Source: an uncultured Candidatus Saccharibacteria bacterium (GTDB lineage: Bacteria; Patescibacteriota; Minisyncoccia; UBA6257; GWB1-50-10). Taken from it: a stretch of DNA of 64,000 nucleotides. The DNA is taken from NCBI GenBank assembly GCA_964365955.1, contig CAYISA010000003.1, positions 677 through 64,676 on the forward strand. Direction: 5' to 3'. Below, one piece after another: positions 1 through 9,158 of the stretch (its first letter is position 1; every line of letters begins with the position of its first letter). The notes under the pieces are model-generated. The model saw only the letters and a list, made by a program, of their open reading frames with translations, was not told the DNA's origin and made no database searches. Position numbers and translations under genes: made by a program.

Positions 1-1
1 G

Positions 2-934
2 AATCAAATTAACGAGATTACAAAAGCGGTTGATTTAAAACTAGGAGAGTCCACACGCGCCATGCGTGAACAATTTGGACAAAGCGCCACTATTATTCGC
101 GATGTCACCGAAAAGCTAACACGCCTCGACGAAACAAATCGTCAAGTCGTTAATTTTACCGACCAACTAAAAAATTTGCAGGATATTTTAAAAAATCCGA
201 AACAACGCGGAATCTTGGGCGAGTATTATCTGGAAACGGTGCTGAAAAATGTCCTACCGCCCGGCGCCTATCAGATGCAATACCCCTTTCGTGATGGAAC
301 TATTGTGGACGCGATCGTGCGCGTGGGTGAAAAAATTATTCCCATCGATTCAAAGTTTTCGCTCGAAAATTACAACCGGCTGGCAGGGGAGAGCGACCCC
401 GCGGAACGAGAGCGTCTTGAGAAGGCATTCAAAGCGGATTTGAAAAATCGCATCGACGAGACGGCAAAATACGTGAAGCCGGCGGAAGACACGATGGATT
501 TTGCATTCATGTTTATTCCGCATGAAGCCATCTATTATGATTTGCTGGTAAACGAGGTGGGGGCAGTCAAGGTAAATACCCGGGACTTGATCGAGTATGC
601 ATTTAAGGAAAAACACGTGATTATCGTCTCACCTACATCGTTTTTGGCGTATCTTCAAACCGTACTCCAGGGATTGCGCGCGCTTACGATTGAAGAAACG
701 GCTAAGGAAATCCGGAAAAACGTGGAGGCACTTGCGAAACATTTAGGAAGTTACGAAGAGTATATGAAAAAAATGGGGGTGCACCTTGGAACCACCGTCA
801 GTATGTACAATCAAGCGAATAAAGAATTCGGAAAAATCGATAAGGATGTGATGAGAATTACCGAAGGGGATTCAAAAATCGGGGTCGTTCCTATGGAACT
901 CGAAAAACCAAATCACAATGAAGTCGACGCATGA
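2..934 (+). CDS. rmuC: DNA recombination protein RmuC (5' end lies outside the window)
   Basis: The frame is open from the window edge. RmuC core motifs are present (DFAFMFIPHEAIYYDLL, HVIIVSPTSFLAYL). TGA stop at 932-934. Confidence 0.75.
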   Translation, partial: NQINEITKAVDLKLGESTRAMREQFGQSATIIRDVTEKLTRLDETNRQVVNFTDQLKNLQDILKNPKQRGILGEYYLETVLKNVLPPGAYQMQYPFRDGTIVDAIVRVGEKIIPIDSKFSLENYNRLAGESDPAERERLEKAFKADLKNRIDETAKYVKPAEDTMDFAFMFIPHEAIYYDLLVNEVGAVKVNTRDLIEYAFKEKHVIIVSPTSFLAYLQTVLQGLRALTIEETAKEIRKNVEALAKHLGSYEEYMKKMGVHLGTTVSMYNQANKEFGKIDKDVMRITEGDSKIGVVPMELEKPNHNEVDA

Positions 935-1823
935 CGACATTTTGGAGCTTCTCTCATTTTACCGCCGATTGGGACGGCCGCTTACGCGTTTTGAGATCCA
1001 TCGGCTTTTGCCCGCACCGGATGATACAGAACCATTGGAACTCGAAAATGCGCTTCTTGCGCTTGCCGATAACAATAAAATTTATGCGGAGGACGGATTC
1101 TATACCGTTGTGGACGCATCCCTTCCGAGTTTGAAACGACGGATGCAGGATCTGGTCTCGGATATGAAATGGAAGCGGTTTTTAAAATCGGTGCGCTGGC
1201 TACGCCATGTCCCATTTGTGGAATTTGCGCTTGCGAGCGGCTCGATGGCATTCGGGAATGTTACGCCAATGTCGGATTTTGATTTGCTGGTCGCGGTTCG
1301 GAAGGGGCGCATGTTTACCACCCGCTATCTCATCAATCTTCTTTTTACCGTGCTGGGGATGCGCCGTATGAATGACCTCCACGATGCGGACGCCGACAAG
1401 CTATGCTTCAACCATTTCATTACCGAAGCTACATTCGAAAAACAGCCCCATAATTTTTATCGCGGACAGCTCTATAAAAATTTTGTTCCCTTGCTCGGCA
1501 AGAAAAAAGCCATCGCCGCTTTCTTGAAAGCAAACCAATGGGCGAATCCTTCGGAACCCTTACTACGGGATAAACGTTTTTACGATGCGGGAGAAAACGG
1601 ATGGAAGCGGGCGGGGGGATGGATTTTGGGCGGCGTAGTCGGAGATTTACTTGAGCGCAACATTCTAAAACCTATTGCTACGCGACGTTTGGTGCATTAC
1701 ATCGCAAAAAAACCGAAAGACGGGCGCGTTGTGGTACAAGACGACGAATTGGAGTTCCATTTTGATCTCACGAAGGAAAAGAAATCTGGCAAACTTCCAT
1801 CCCGCTGGTGCTTGACCGGATAA
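918..1823 (+). CDS. Nucleotidyltransferase-fold protein (Pol-beta-type GS...DxD motif) with a winged-helix-like N-terminus
   Basis: GSMAFGNVTPMSDFDLLV matches the GS-x9-13-DhDh minimal NTase signature, as in kanamycin NTase. It overlaps the rmuC stop by 17 nt, which suggests operon coupling. Confidence 0.5.
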   Translation: MKSTHDDILELLSFYRRLGRPLTRFEIHRLLPAPDDTEPLELENALLALADNNKIYAEDGFYTVVDASLPSLKRRMQDLVSDMKWKRFLKSVRWLRHVPFVEFALASGSMAFGNVTPMSDFDLLVAVRKGRMFTTRYLINLLFTVLGMRRMNDLHDADADKLCFNHFITEATFEKQPHNFYRGQLYKNFVPLLGKKKAIAAFLKANQWANPSEPLLRDKRFYDAGENGWKRAGGWILGGVVGDLLERNILKPIATRRLVHYIAKKPKDGRVVVQDDELEFHFDLTKEKKSGKLPSRWCLTG

Positions 1824-2362
1824 AAAAACGGGTGCAAGCTAAAGATGGTTTTTTAAAAAACGAATTATCCAAAAATACTCGAGGAGTTGCGGTCTTATGG
1901 ATGCCGAACAACTTGTCCAACTTAGCTGGAAACGGTATGGTAGCGGCGCAATCAGTTTTGCGCATAATCCGAAAAACGGAATCGGAGATGCGAGGGGAGA
2001 AGACTTTTCAAGAGTTCGTCTTGGAGGATATGCCTTTCAGGTACCCTTCCAAATTAAAACCTCAAACAACGGAAAAACGATCGGACTTGTTCTGCCCTTT
2101 CGAGGGGGGGAGGAAAGAGAGTTTGCTGTCCCCCGAAATGAAAAACATGCTCAAAGAGCATCAAGAAAAACATAGCCATGTGAGGTGCCTCCTCTTCGTG
2201 GCAAAACCGTGCAAAATGATTCCGGAAGATGCGATTTTAAGGCGCGTCTGGATAGAAACCATACGGATCTTCCAAGAATTGGAACACCAGAAACATAAGA
2301 AACGCGGTAAAATCCGCCGACTTGTATTTTTACAACCGATATGCTATAATGCCTGTGGATGA
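1808..2362 (+). CDS. Hypothetical protein (184 aa), co-directional with and overlapping the NTase gene
   Basis: Six-frame ORF with a 16-nt overlap on the upstream gene. No recognisable motif. It is followed by a rho-independent terminator. Confidence 0.4.
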   Translation: MLDRIKKRVQAKDGFLKNELSKNTRGVAVLWMPNNLSNLAGNGMVAAQSVLRIIRKTESEMRGEKTFQEFVLEDMPFRYPSKLKPQTTEKRSDLFCPFEGGRKESLLSPEMKNMLKEHQEKHSHVRCLLFVAKPCKMIPEDAILRRVWIETIRIFQELEHQKHKKRGKIRRLVFLQPICYNACG

Positions 2363-2431
2363 ATGAGCTGTTTTCCTTGTCCCGGGTGTCCGAAAGGAAA
2401 CTCGGAAAATTCAAGGAAAGCTATCCAGATT

Positions 2432-2462
2432 CTCCCCCGACGAAAGTCGGGGGAGTTTTTTA
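2432..2462 (+). terminator. Rho-independent terminator
   Basis: ctcccccgac-gaaa-gtcgggggag hairpin followed by a TTTTTTA run. Confidence 0.6.
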
Positions 2463-2499
2463 TACAAAAAACCCCGCTAAAAAAGCGAGGTTTTGCAGG

Positions 2500-5400
2500 T
2501 CAGTATTCGATTTCGATACTCCACGCGGGATACCATGGGCCGCCGTTCAGATAATGGTATTCCTCAAACCGCAGGTAGAGGGGGAACCATCCAAAGATTC
2601 CCGTTTTTAGAGCGATTCCCCCGCGATGGGTAAATTGAAACGGATCATCGATCCAATTCGTAGTGCCGCCGTATAAAAATGGCGCCACACTGAAAGAGAA
2701 GAACCAAAACGGATTCCGATGCTCCCAGAATTCATAGTCCACAATAAAAGTGCGCAGGAATGGAAATCGCGCTTCGATAGTGTAGAGCAGAAACGTGTTG
2801 CCAAAATTCTTTTCCCACTCAAAATTCAGAAATCCCGGAGTGCGATACAGTTCCGGCAGAAAGAACGCATAGGGTTGATGTCCCCGCGAGATGCCGTATC
2901 CTGCTCGCATTGCGAGATATGCCCGCGATTGCCACGGCCGCCAATAATACCGCGCGTCGGCCGAGAGTGTCATATTAATGACACGGTTCCCGAATTTGCC
3001 AATTACGCCATTTGTGGTTACCAAAGACACGGTATAACGATGCCCGTGCCGTGTGGAGCGAAGATCGTCCAGGAAAGTTCCGTCCGAGACAAACACCGCA
3101 TTCAGTTGTACGAAAGGAAGTTCCAGAAATGCGGGTTGGGGAATCAATTGCTTCGTATTATTCAACGCTCCTCCAAGATTCTGTATCCCAGGCGCAACAC
3201 TATCAGGCGGTTGATGCAGGATAAATCCCGCACTCAATGCAACCGAGATTTTATTCTCAAGATCAAAGGGCCATGTAAAACGCCGCTCCACCTCCATAAC
3301 CCCCCGTTTCAGAACATCCACGCGTCCTGTTGCCGGAGAACGATAAAATTGCGGAGTCGCGCTCATCGTAATGCCTGTTTGTGTCATGAGCCGTTTTGAA
3401 AAATCAAACCAATGAACTCCCGTATTCGCGAACACCTGCTGTGTCCCAAGATAAAGGTGACCGGCGAACCCGTGTTCACCCGTTGCGTCCGTCGAAACAA
3501 TCTCACCCATTCCCGTGTACGTGTCTTCAGAAGAAAGCATGGTGCGGTAACGGCGACTCCGATCCGGCGCTTCCACGGGCAACGTGAAATTTCCACGCCG
3601 CACAAATGTCTGCATCTCCTCCATTCGAACCTCTGTTCCTTGAAGAGGGGAGGTATCGAATCGAATTTCCACAAACCTTCCGTTCGTGGCACTTTTACTC
3701 CGTGTTTCATGGAGCAGAAACGTTCCGTTTTTTCGAAAACCAATGAGTTGATCAACAAACGGGTACTGAATCGATTCCGTTTTTCCTTTTATACTTGTCC
3801 CATCGCCATAACGATACCGATACGCTCGGGAATCTCCGATCTTCCACAGATAAAGAAGCGGCACGCCATTTTCCTGAAGTATGCGCATCACCAGACGTGA
3901 AGAATCCGCAACCCACTGGTCGACAAAACCCGAAACAGAATCCAAACAAACGCGTTCGGATGTGCCGCGCATATTGGTCACCAGATAGTGCATGTCACGA
4001 AAACCGCCGCTCTCAATGTAGAAAAGAGAGCCGTTTACAAATCCCGGCGCGTCCTTCGCAAACGAATCATGCGTGAGTTTTTGCAATCCTTCGGTTGCCA
4101 GATTGAACGTGTAGATATTTTGCTCTCCGGTTGTATCGAACCCGACAAAGATCAAAGTGTCCCGCGACAAAAAACGGAGACCCTTTATCCACGGAAGCTC
4201 GGGAATGGAATATTCTCTTTCTTCATTGGACTTGCCGTTTTCCATCCGGTAAAGACGGATTGCGTTCCCGTCAATTTTTGATAGAACAATCGCAACGCGA
4301 TCTCCAAAAATGGCAGGCGGATTGCCGAGCCGATACCAAAGTGTTTTATCATCAAATTGGTGCGCGATCTCAATCTCGTCCCATGTCGTCTTGCTATATC
4401 CCGTATCAAAGCCGAAAGTGGCGACATCCACACCCCACTTTTTATTGGTGGACTCATAGAACACCATGCGCTCGGTTCGGGGGTCAAATCCGACGTTTCC
4501 GTCGGGCTGAACCAAAGAGATCCCAGCGGTTGTTTTTTCCGTCAGGATGCGTTTCGACACGCTGTCGGCAACCTGGAAGAAGGTTTGTCCGTAATATTTT
4601 TTCCGCATGGATACGTTCCATGCCGCTTCCGATACCGCGAGCGGCTCCTGAAACGTCGCTTCCCATACGCTGTCCTTGAACGGTTGATCGCGGGCCACAA
4701 GGCTGCGAAGACGGGCAAACACCGTAGAACCGAAACGCTCTGCCATAAAATGATGGAAATTGTATCCGAAAGAATAGTTCCCGAAATCTCTGGTGAGCGC
4801 GAGTAGTTCCAGGGACGGTTCCTCTTCATTCATGACAAAGATCACATTGCGCATTTCGGTTCGGGCACGGCGATAATCGTTTTGTTCCTGTAAAGAATCC
4901 AGATAAACGTCGCTTGATCCGTATTCCGCGAATCCTTCCGTGCTCCAAAGCGGCAATGTGGGCGACTCATCATAACGATAACCCATTTGCCGAAAACGTT
5001 CCGCTTGCTTTTTCACAAAGAATCGCTCAAACGCGTGCACAATCTCATGCGCCAGTGTCTGCCGAAATTCATGATCATTGCCGCCGTAGGGGAATGCAAT
5101 GCGCTCCGTAAACAACTCTGTAAATCCCAGGATACCGGGCGGGAGTATTATATGCACCAGCATCTGTTCGTTAAAACGTTGCGGGTTTGCGTAGAGCACT
5201 ATCACGAATGCCGAATCGGGTCTCCACGATTTTAACTCGTACGTCACAATCGGTTTCCCCAGTGAATCCCGCTTTATATCTTCACAACCAAGTGAATCTT
5301 TACGAACTACGAGCATGGAATCACGAAACAGCTTTTCGGAGTAGAGAGGGACAATAATTGCAAGTTCCGCACTCACTTCGCGCGCGATAGGTTCCATTCC

Positions 5401-5580
5401 GGTTGGGAAAAAAATACGGTATGCATTCTTTTCTCCGCGCAGCATGTGCCACTCAATCCCATTGCTCCATCGATTCCGCTGCGCATCCGCGTTCTCTGAT
5501 AACATGCCGAACAACAAAACAACAGCGAGTTTTATGCTCCAGTGTTTCATATCAATTACCTTCCATAATAAAATTGTCAA
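2500..5580 (-). CDS. Large secreted multidomain protein: HExxH zinc-metallopeptidase-like module, beta-propeller-like repeats and a putative C-terminal beta-barrel
   Basis: N-terminal signal peptide. LAHEIVHAFE is an HExxH motif. TolB/WD-like repeat region in the middle. The C-terminal ~300 aa is aromatic-rich with amphipathic strands and ends ...SIEIEY, an aromatic terminus typical of outer-membrane proteins. Confidence 0.65.
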   Translation of the reverse strand: MTILLWKVIDMKHWSIKLAVVLLFGMLSENADAQRNRWSNGIEWHMLRGEKNAYRIFFPTGMEPIAREVSAELAIIVPLYSEKLFRDSMLVVRKDSLGCEDIKRDSLGKPIVTYELKSWRPDSAFVIVLYANPQRFNEQMLVHIILPPGILGFTELFTERIAFPYGGNDHEFRQTLAHEIVHAFERFFVKKQAERFRQMGYRYDESPTLPLWSTEGFAEYGSSDVYLDSLQEQNDYRRARTEMRNVIFVMNEEEPSLELLALTRDFGNYSFGYNFHHFMAERFGSTVFARLRSLVARDQPFKDSVWEATFQEPLAVSEAAWNVSMRKKYYGQTFFQVADSVSKRILTEKTTAGISLVQPDGNVGFDPRTERMVFYESTNKKWGVDVATFGFDTGYSKTTWDEIEIAHQFDDKTLWYRLGNPPAIFGDRVAIVLSKIDGNAIRLYRMENGKSNEEREYSIPELPWIKGLRFLSRDTLIFVGFDTTGEQNIYTFNLATEGLQKLTHDSFAKDAPGFVNGSLFYIESGGFRDMHYLVTNMRGTSERVCLDSVSGFVDQWVADSSRLVMRILQENGVPLLYLWKIGDSRAYRYRYGDGTSIKGKTESIQYPFVDQLIGFRKNGTFLLHETRSKSATNGRFVEIRFDTSPLQGTEVRMEEMQTFVRRGNFTLPVEAPDRSRRYRTMLSSEDTYTGMGEIVSTDATGEHGFAGHLYLGTQQVFANTGVHWFDFSKRLMTQTGITMSATPQFYRSPATGRVDVLKRGVMEVERRFTWPFDLENKISVALSAGFILHQPPDSVAPGIQNLGGALNNTKQLIPQPAFLELPFVQLNAVFVSDGTFLDDLRSTRHGHRYTVSLVTTNGVIGKFGNRVINMTLSADARYYWRPWQSRAYLAMRAGYGISRGHQPYAFFLPELYRTPGFLNFEWEKNFGNTFLLYTIEARFPFLRTFIVDYEFWEHRNPFWFFSFSVAPFLYGGTTNWIDDPFQFTHRGGIALKTGIFGWFPLYLRFEEYHYLNGGPWYPAWSIEIEY

Positions 5581-5814
5581 AGATTAACTAGGGTCACTAT
5601 ATGCCTTCTTTTAAAAAACAACAACAGGAATGGCCTTGTTTCCTTATACTGATTTCTGGCATAATAAAAGCGCGACTTGGCCGCGCCTACAGATGGCTCG
5701 CGAGGGCGGTTATAAGGTTGCGCACTCATTCATTCAAATTAAAAATTTGGAGGTCACCACTTATAGCTGCCCTCCCGATCCGGCTGTCCTTCGCACGGCC
5801 GTTTGTTGTAACCC

Positions 5815-8310
5815 ATGAACTCAATTTTTCAAAAATGGTTTGGCGGCAACCCGCTTTTAAACTACGAAATCATCGTGGAGCGTATCGGCGCGTTCGAAAT
5901 CGACATAAAAAAACTCACCGATGATGAACTACAAAAAAAATCGCTGGAGCTGAAAAATCGGATAAAAAATGCGGACGACCCAAACGCGGAACTCACGGAA
6001 ATTTTGCCGGAAGCGTTTGCGCTTGTGCGCGAGGCGGCATGGAGAACACTCCACCAACGGCATTTTGATGTACAGTTGATCGGCGGTATGGTACTCCACG
6101 AAGGAAAAATCGCCGAGATGATCACCGGAGAGGGGAAAACTCTTGTAGCAACTCTCCCCACTTATTTGAATGCGCTTACCGAAAAAGGCGTGCACGTAGT
6201 AACCGTAAATGACTATCTGGCGAAGCGCGATGCGATTTGGATGGGGCAAGTCCATCACGCACTCGGGTTAAGCGTTGCATGCTTGGTGCATGACGCGGCG
6301 TATCTCTATGACCCGGAATTTGATAACCAGCCGATTGATGCTGAACGTGATGCCGTCGGGAGTTTTAAAGTGATCGAGAAGTTTTTGCGCCCGATTTCGC
6401 GTCGCGAAGCGTATGCGGCGGATATCACCTACGGGACCAATCATGAATTCGGCTTCGATTATCTGCGCGATAATTTGGTGTTGCGGCTCTCCGACCGCGT
6501 TCAGCGCCCGCATTATTTTGCGATCATCGACGAAGTCGATTCTATTTTGATTGACGAGGCACGCACGCCGCTCATTATCGCGGCACCCGATCGCCAGTCC
6601 AGCGAGTATTACAAAACATTCGCAAAGGTGGCGGAACATCTGGATGGAAAAATTGATTATGATCTGGATGAAAAACACCGCTCGGTTATCATCACGGATG
6701 CCGGCATTGAAAAAGTGGAGAAAATGCTCGGGCTTACCAATATCTTTGCCCCCGAAAATGCCCGCCTGGTCCATTTTTTGGAGGAAAGCTTGAAAGCGCA
6801 CGCGCTTTTTAAGCGCGACAAGGACTATGTGGTAAAAGACGGAGAAATTATCATTGTGGACGAATTCACCGGACGAATGCTTCAGGGGCGGCGTTTTTCG
6901 GGCGGATTGCATCAAGCGATCGAGGCAAAAGAGGACGTTTTAGTGAAAGAAGAAAACCGGACATTTGCGCAAATCACAATTCAAAATTATTTCCGGCTCT
7001 ATAAAAAAATCGCGGGGATGACCGGAACCGCGCAAACATCTGCCGAAGAATTTCATAAAGTCTACAACTTGGACGTGGTAAGCATCCCGCCTAATAAACC
7101 GCTGGTTCGGAACGATGCGACGGACTTGATCTATAAAACGAAGGAAATGAAACTACGCGCAGTCGTGGAAGAAGTAAAAAAACGCCACGCAGCAGGACAG
7201 CCCGTTTTGTTGGGGACCACATCCATCACCAACAACGAAGCGATTTCTTCGTCCCTGTATCAGGCGGGTGTCCCCCACGAAGTGTTGAACGCAAAAAATC
7301 ACGAACGGGAAGGGGAAATTATCGCGCAGGCAGGAAAACTGAAGGCCGTGACGGTTGCAACAAACATGGCGGGACGCGGCGTGGATATTGTGCTCGGCGG
7401 AAATCCCGCAACTCCTGAAACAGCCGCGAAAGTACGCGAACTGGGGGGCTTGCATGTATTAGGTACGGAACGCCACGAGGCGCGGCGCATCGATAATCAG
7501 CTCCGCGGCCGCGCCGGACGACAAGGTGATCCGGGGTCGTCGCAATTCTTTTTGTCGCTTGAGGACGACCTGGTGCGCATCTTCGGTGGCGATCGCATAA
7601 AAGGAATTATGGAGGCGGTAAAATTTCCCGACGACACGCCGATTGAATCCAAGATGGTTTCAAAATCCGTGAACCAGGCTCAACAGCGCGTGGAAGGCGC
7701 TAACTTCGATATGCGGAAACACTTATTGGATTTTGACGATGTTTTGAACAAACAGCGTTTTGCCACGTACACGCGCCGGACCGAGTATCTGGAAGAGGGG
7801 CAAGCCGGAACGATTCATGTGACACTTGGCGAAATCCTAAACCGGTTCTTAGCCGCAGTAACACAGGAAATCGAAACTTCAAGCGAAGAGGGCAAGGAGA
7901 AGAAAATAGCGCTCATTGAACAAAAAATAAAAAATATTCCGGAGATGCTGGAACCCGAACGTGCCATCATGGCAGGCCAGCATTTAGTGCGCATTTTGGA
8001 CTCGCTCTGGGTGGAGCACTTAGAAAATCTGGAGAGTCTCCGCGAAACGGTGAATATCCGTGCTTATGGCCAACACGAGCCGCTCGTGGAATATCGCAAA
8101 GAAGCACATTTTCTGTACCAGAAACTGAATGCACAGTTCGATTCGCTTGTGTTTAATACCATCTTCCCGATTTTTGAGATGGATCTCTCACAGATAAAAA
8201 ATGCGCCGCAACCGACTGAACAGAAACCACCTGACGCGAAGGAGCCGGGCCGCAACGACCCGTGCTGGTGCGGTAGCGGAAAAAAGTTCAAAAAATGTCA
8301 TGGGAGATAA
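5815..8310 (+). CDS. secA: Preprotein translocase ATPase SecA
   Basis: Walker A motif MITGEGKTLVATLP, DEAD-like helicase domains, and a C-terminal zinc finger CWCGSGKKFKKCHGR. 831 aa. Confidence 0.95.
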   Translation: MNSIFQKWFGGNPLLNYEIIVERIGAFEIDIKKLTDDELQKKSLELKNRIKNADDPNAELTEILPEAFALVREAAWRTLHQRHFDVQLIGGMVLHEGKIAEMITGEGKTLVATLPTYLNALTEKGVHVVTVNDYLAKRDAIWMGQVHHALGLSVACLVHDAAYLYDPEFDNQPIDAERDAVGSFKVIEKFLRPISRREAYAADITYGTNHEFGFDYLRDNLVLRLSDRVQRPHYFAIIDEVDSILIDEARTPLIIAAPDRQSSEYYKTFAKVAEHLDGKIDYDLDEKHRSVIITDAGIEKVEKMLGLTNIFAPENARLVHFLEESLKAHALFKRDKDYVVKDGEIIIVDEFTGRMLQGRRFSGGLHQAIEAKEDVLVKEENRTFAQITIQNYFRLYKKIAGMTGTAQTSAEEFHKVYNLDVVSIPPNKPLVRNDATDLIYKTKEMKLRAVVEEVKKRHAAGQPVLLGTTSITNNEAISSSLYQAGVPHEVLNAKNHEREGEIIAQAGKLKAVTVATNMAGRGVDIVLGGNPATPETAAKVRELGGLHVLGTERHEARRIDNQLRGRAGRQGDPGSSQFFLSLEDDLVRIFGGDRIKGIMEAVKFPDDTPIESKMVSKSVNQAQQRVEGANFDMRKHLLDFDDVLNKQRFATYTRRTEYLEEGQAGTIHVTLGEILNRFLAAVTQEIETSSEEGKEKKIALIEQKIKNIPEMLEPERAIMAGQHLVRILDSLWVEHLENLESLRETVNIRAYGQHEPLVEYRKEAHFLYQKLNAQFDSLVFNTIFPIFEMDLSQIKNAPQPTEQKPPDAKEPGRNDPCWCGSGKKFKKCHGR

Positions 8311-8314
8311 AACT

Positions 8315-8617
8315 ATGAAATACAACAAATTAGTACGAGATAAAATTCCTGAATATATTCGCAAGAAGGGCGGTAACCCAATAACGCATATTGCCGATGA
8401 CGCTGAATACTGGCGGAAGCTTAAAGAAAAGCTGAATGAGGAGCTGGAGGAATTCAAAAAGGATGAAAATATCGAAGAATTTGCTGATTTACTAGAAGTG
8501 ATAGACGCGATAGCTGATTACAAAAAGTTTGATCGAAATGAAGTAGAAATGGTCAAAGAAAAGAAAGTATCAGAACGAGGAGGATTTAAAGATAAGATAA
8601 TTTTAGATGAATCATAA
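8315..8617 (+). CDS. MazG-like nucleotide pyrophosphohydrolase (small all-alpha NTP-PPase)
   Basis: MKYNKLVRDKIPEYI...EELADLLEVIDAI is typical of the MazG-like family. ATG at 8315, immediately after the secA stop. AT-rich. Confidence 0.6.
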   Translation: MKYNKLVRDKIPEYIRKKGGNPITHIADDAEYWRKLKEKLNEELEEFKKDENIEEFADLLEVIDAIADYKKFDRNEVEMVKEKKVSERGGFKDKIILDES

Positions 8618-8727
8618 ACCCGCATAACATTTTTTATAAATCGTCCAATCTGGTAGTGTCACAGACGGAAAAACGCCTTAAAATATAGAAAATCCGTGTG
8701 TGCTAGTCAATAAAGCGTAAAAATGCC

Positions 8728-9144
8728 ATGGGAAATAATATAAGCAATAAAGACTTATTCCAAAGAGCAAAAGAGCTGAAATTACCTCTAGGCAAATATG
8801 CTTTATTTGGTAGCGCACCGCTCGGAATTCGCGGATTAAAAGATTGTCACGATATAGATATTATTGTGACGGAAGATTTATGGAATGGATATAAAGAAAA
8901 GAACTGGGAGATAAAAACGATGCCTCACGGAAGTCAATATCTCTGGAATGACGAGATTGAATTATGGAAAGATTGGAAACCTGGTCAGTGGGACATCTAG
9001 AAATTGATTGGCGAAGCGGAAATTATAGACGGACTTCCGTTTGTAAAACTGGAATACGTTGTTGAGTGGAAAAGACAGAATGGCAGAGAAAAAGATCTGA
9101 AAGATGTTGAAACTGTAGAAAAATTCTTAAGGACACAGAAATAA
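8728..9144 (+). pseudogene. Minimal nucleotidyltransferase (MNT-like) interrupted by an in-frame TAG at 8998-9000
   Basis: FGSAPLGIRGLKDCHDIDIIV matches the GS...DxD NTase motif. The same frame continues past the TAG for another 47 codons (KLIGEAEIIDGLPFVKLEYVVEWKRQNGREKDLKDV...) to a TAA at 9142-9144. Confidence 0.5.
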
Positions 9145-9158
9145 ATTCAAAAAATGTC

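Noticed and set aside
6268-6915. 215-aa ORF antisense to secA, and similar antisense ORFs within mltG (11037-11504), the 1026-aa gene (2719-3399, 3412-3900) and the large pilin (51065-51688, 51775-52380)
   Set aside because: These are shadow ORFs opposite highly conserved or clearly coding genes.
8998-9000. Possibility that the in-frame TAG reflects stop-codon reassignment (an alternative genetic code)
   Set aside because: TAG, TGA and TAA each terminate clearly intact, conserved genes in this window (mltG ends in TAG, rmuC in TGA, secA in TAA). A standard code with a local nonsense mutation or error is more parsimonious.
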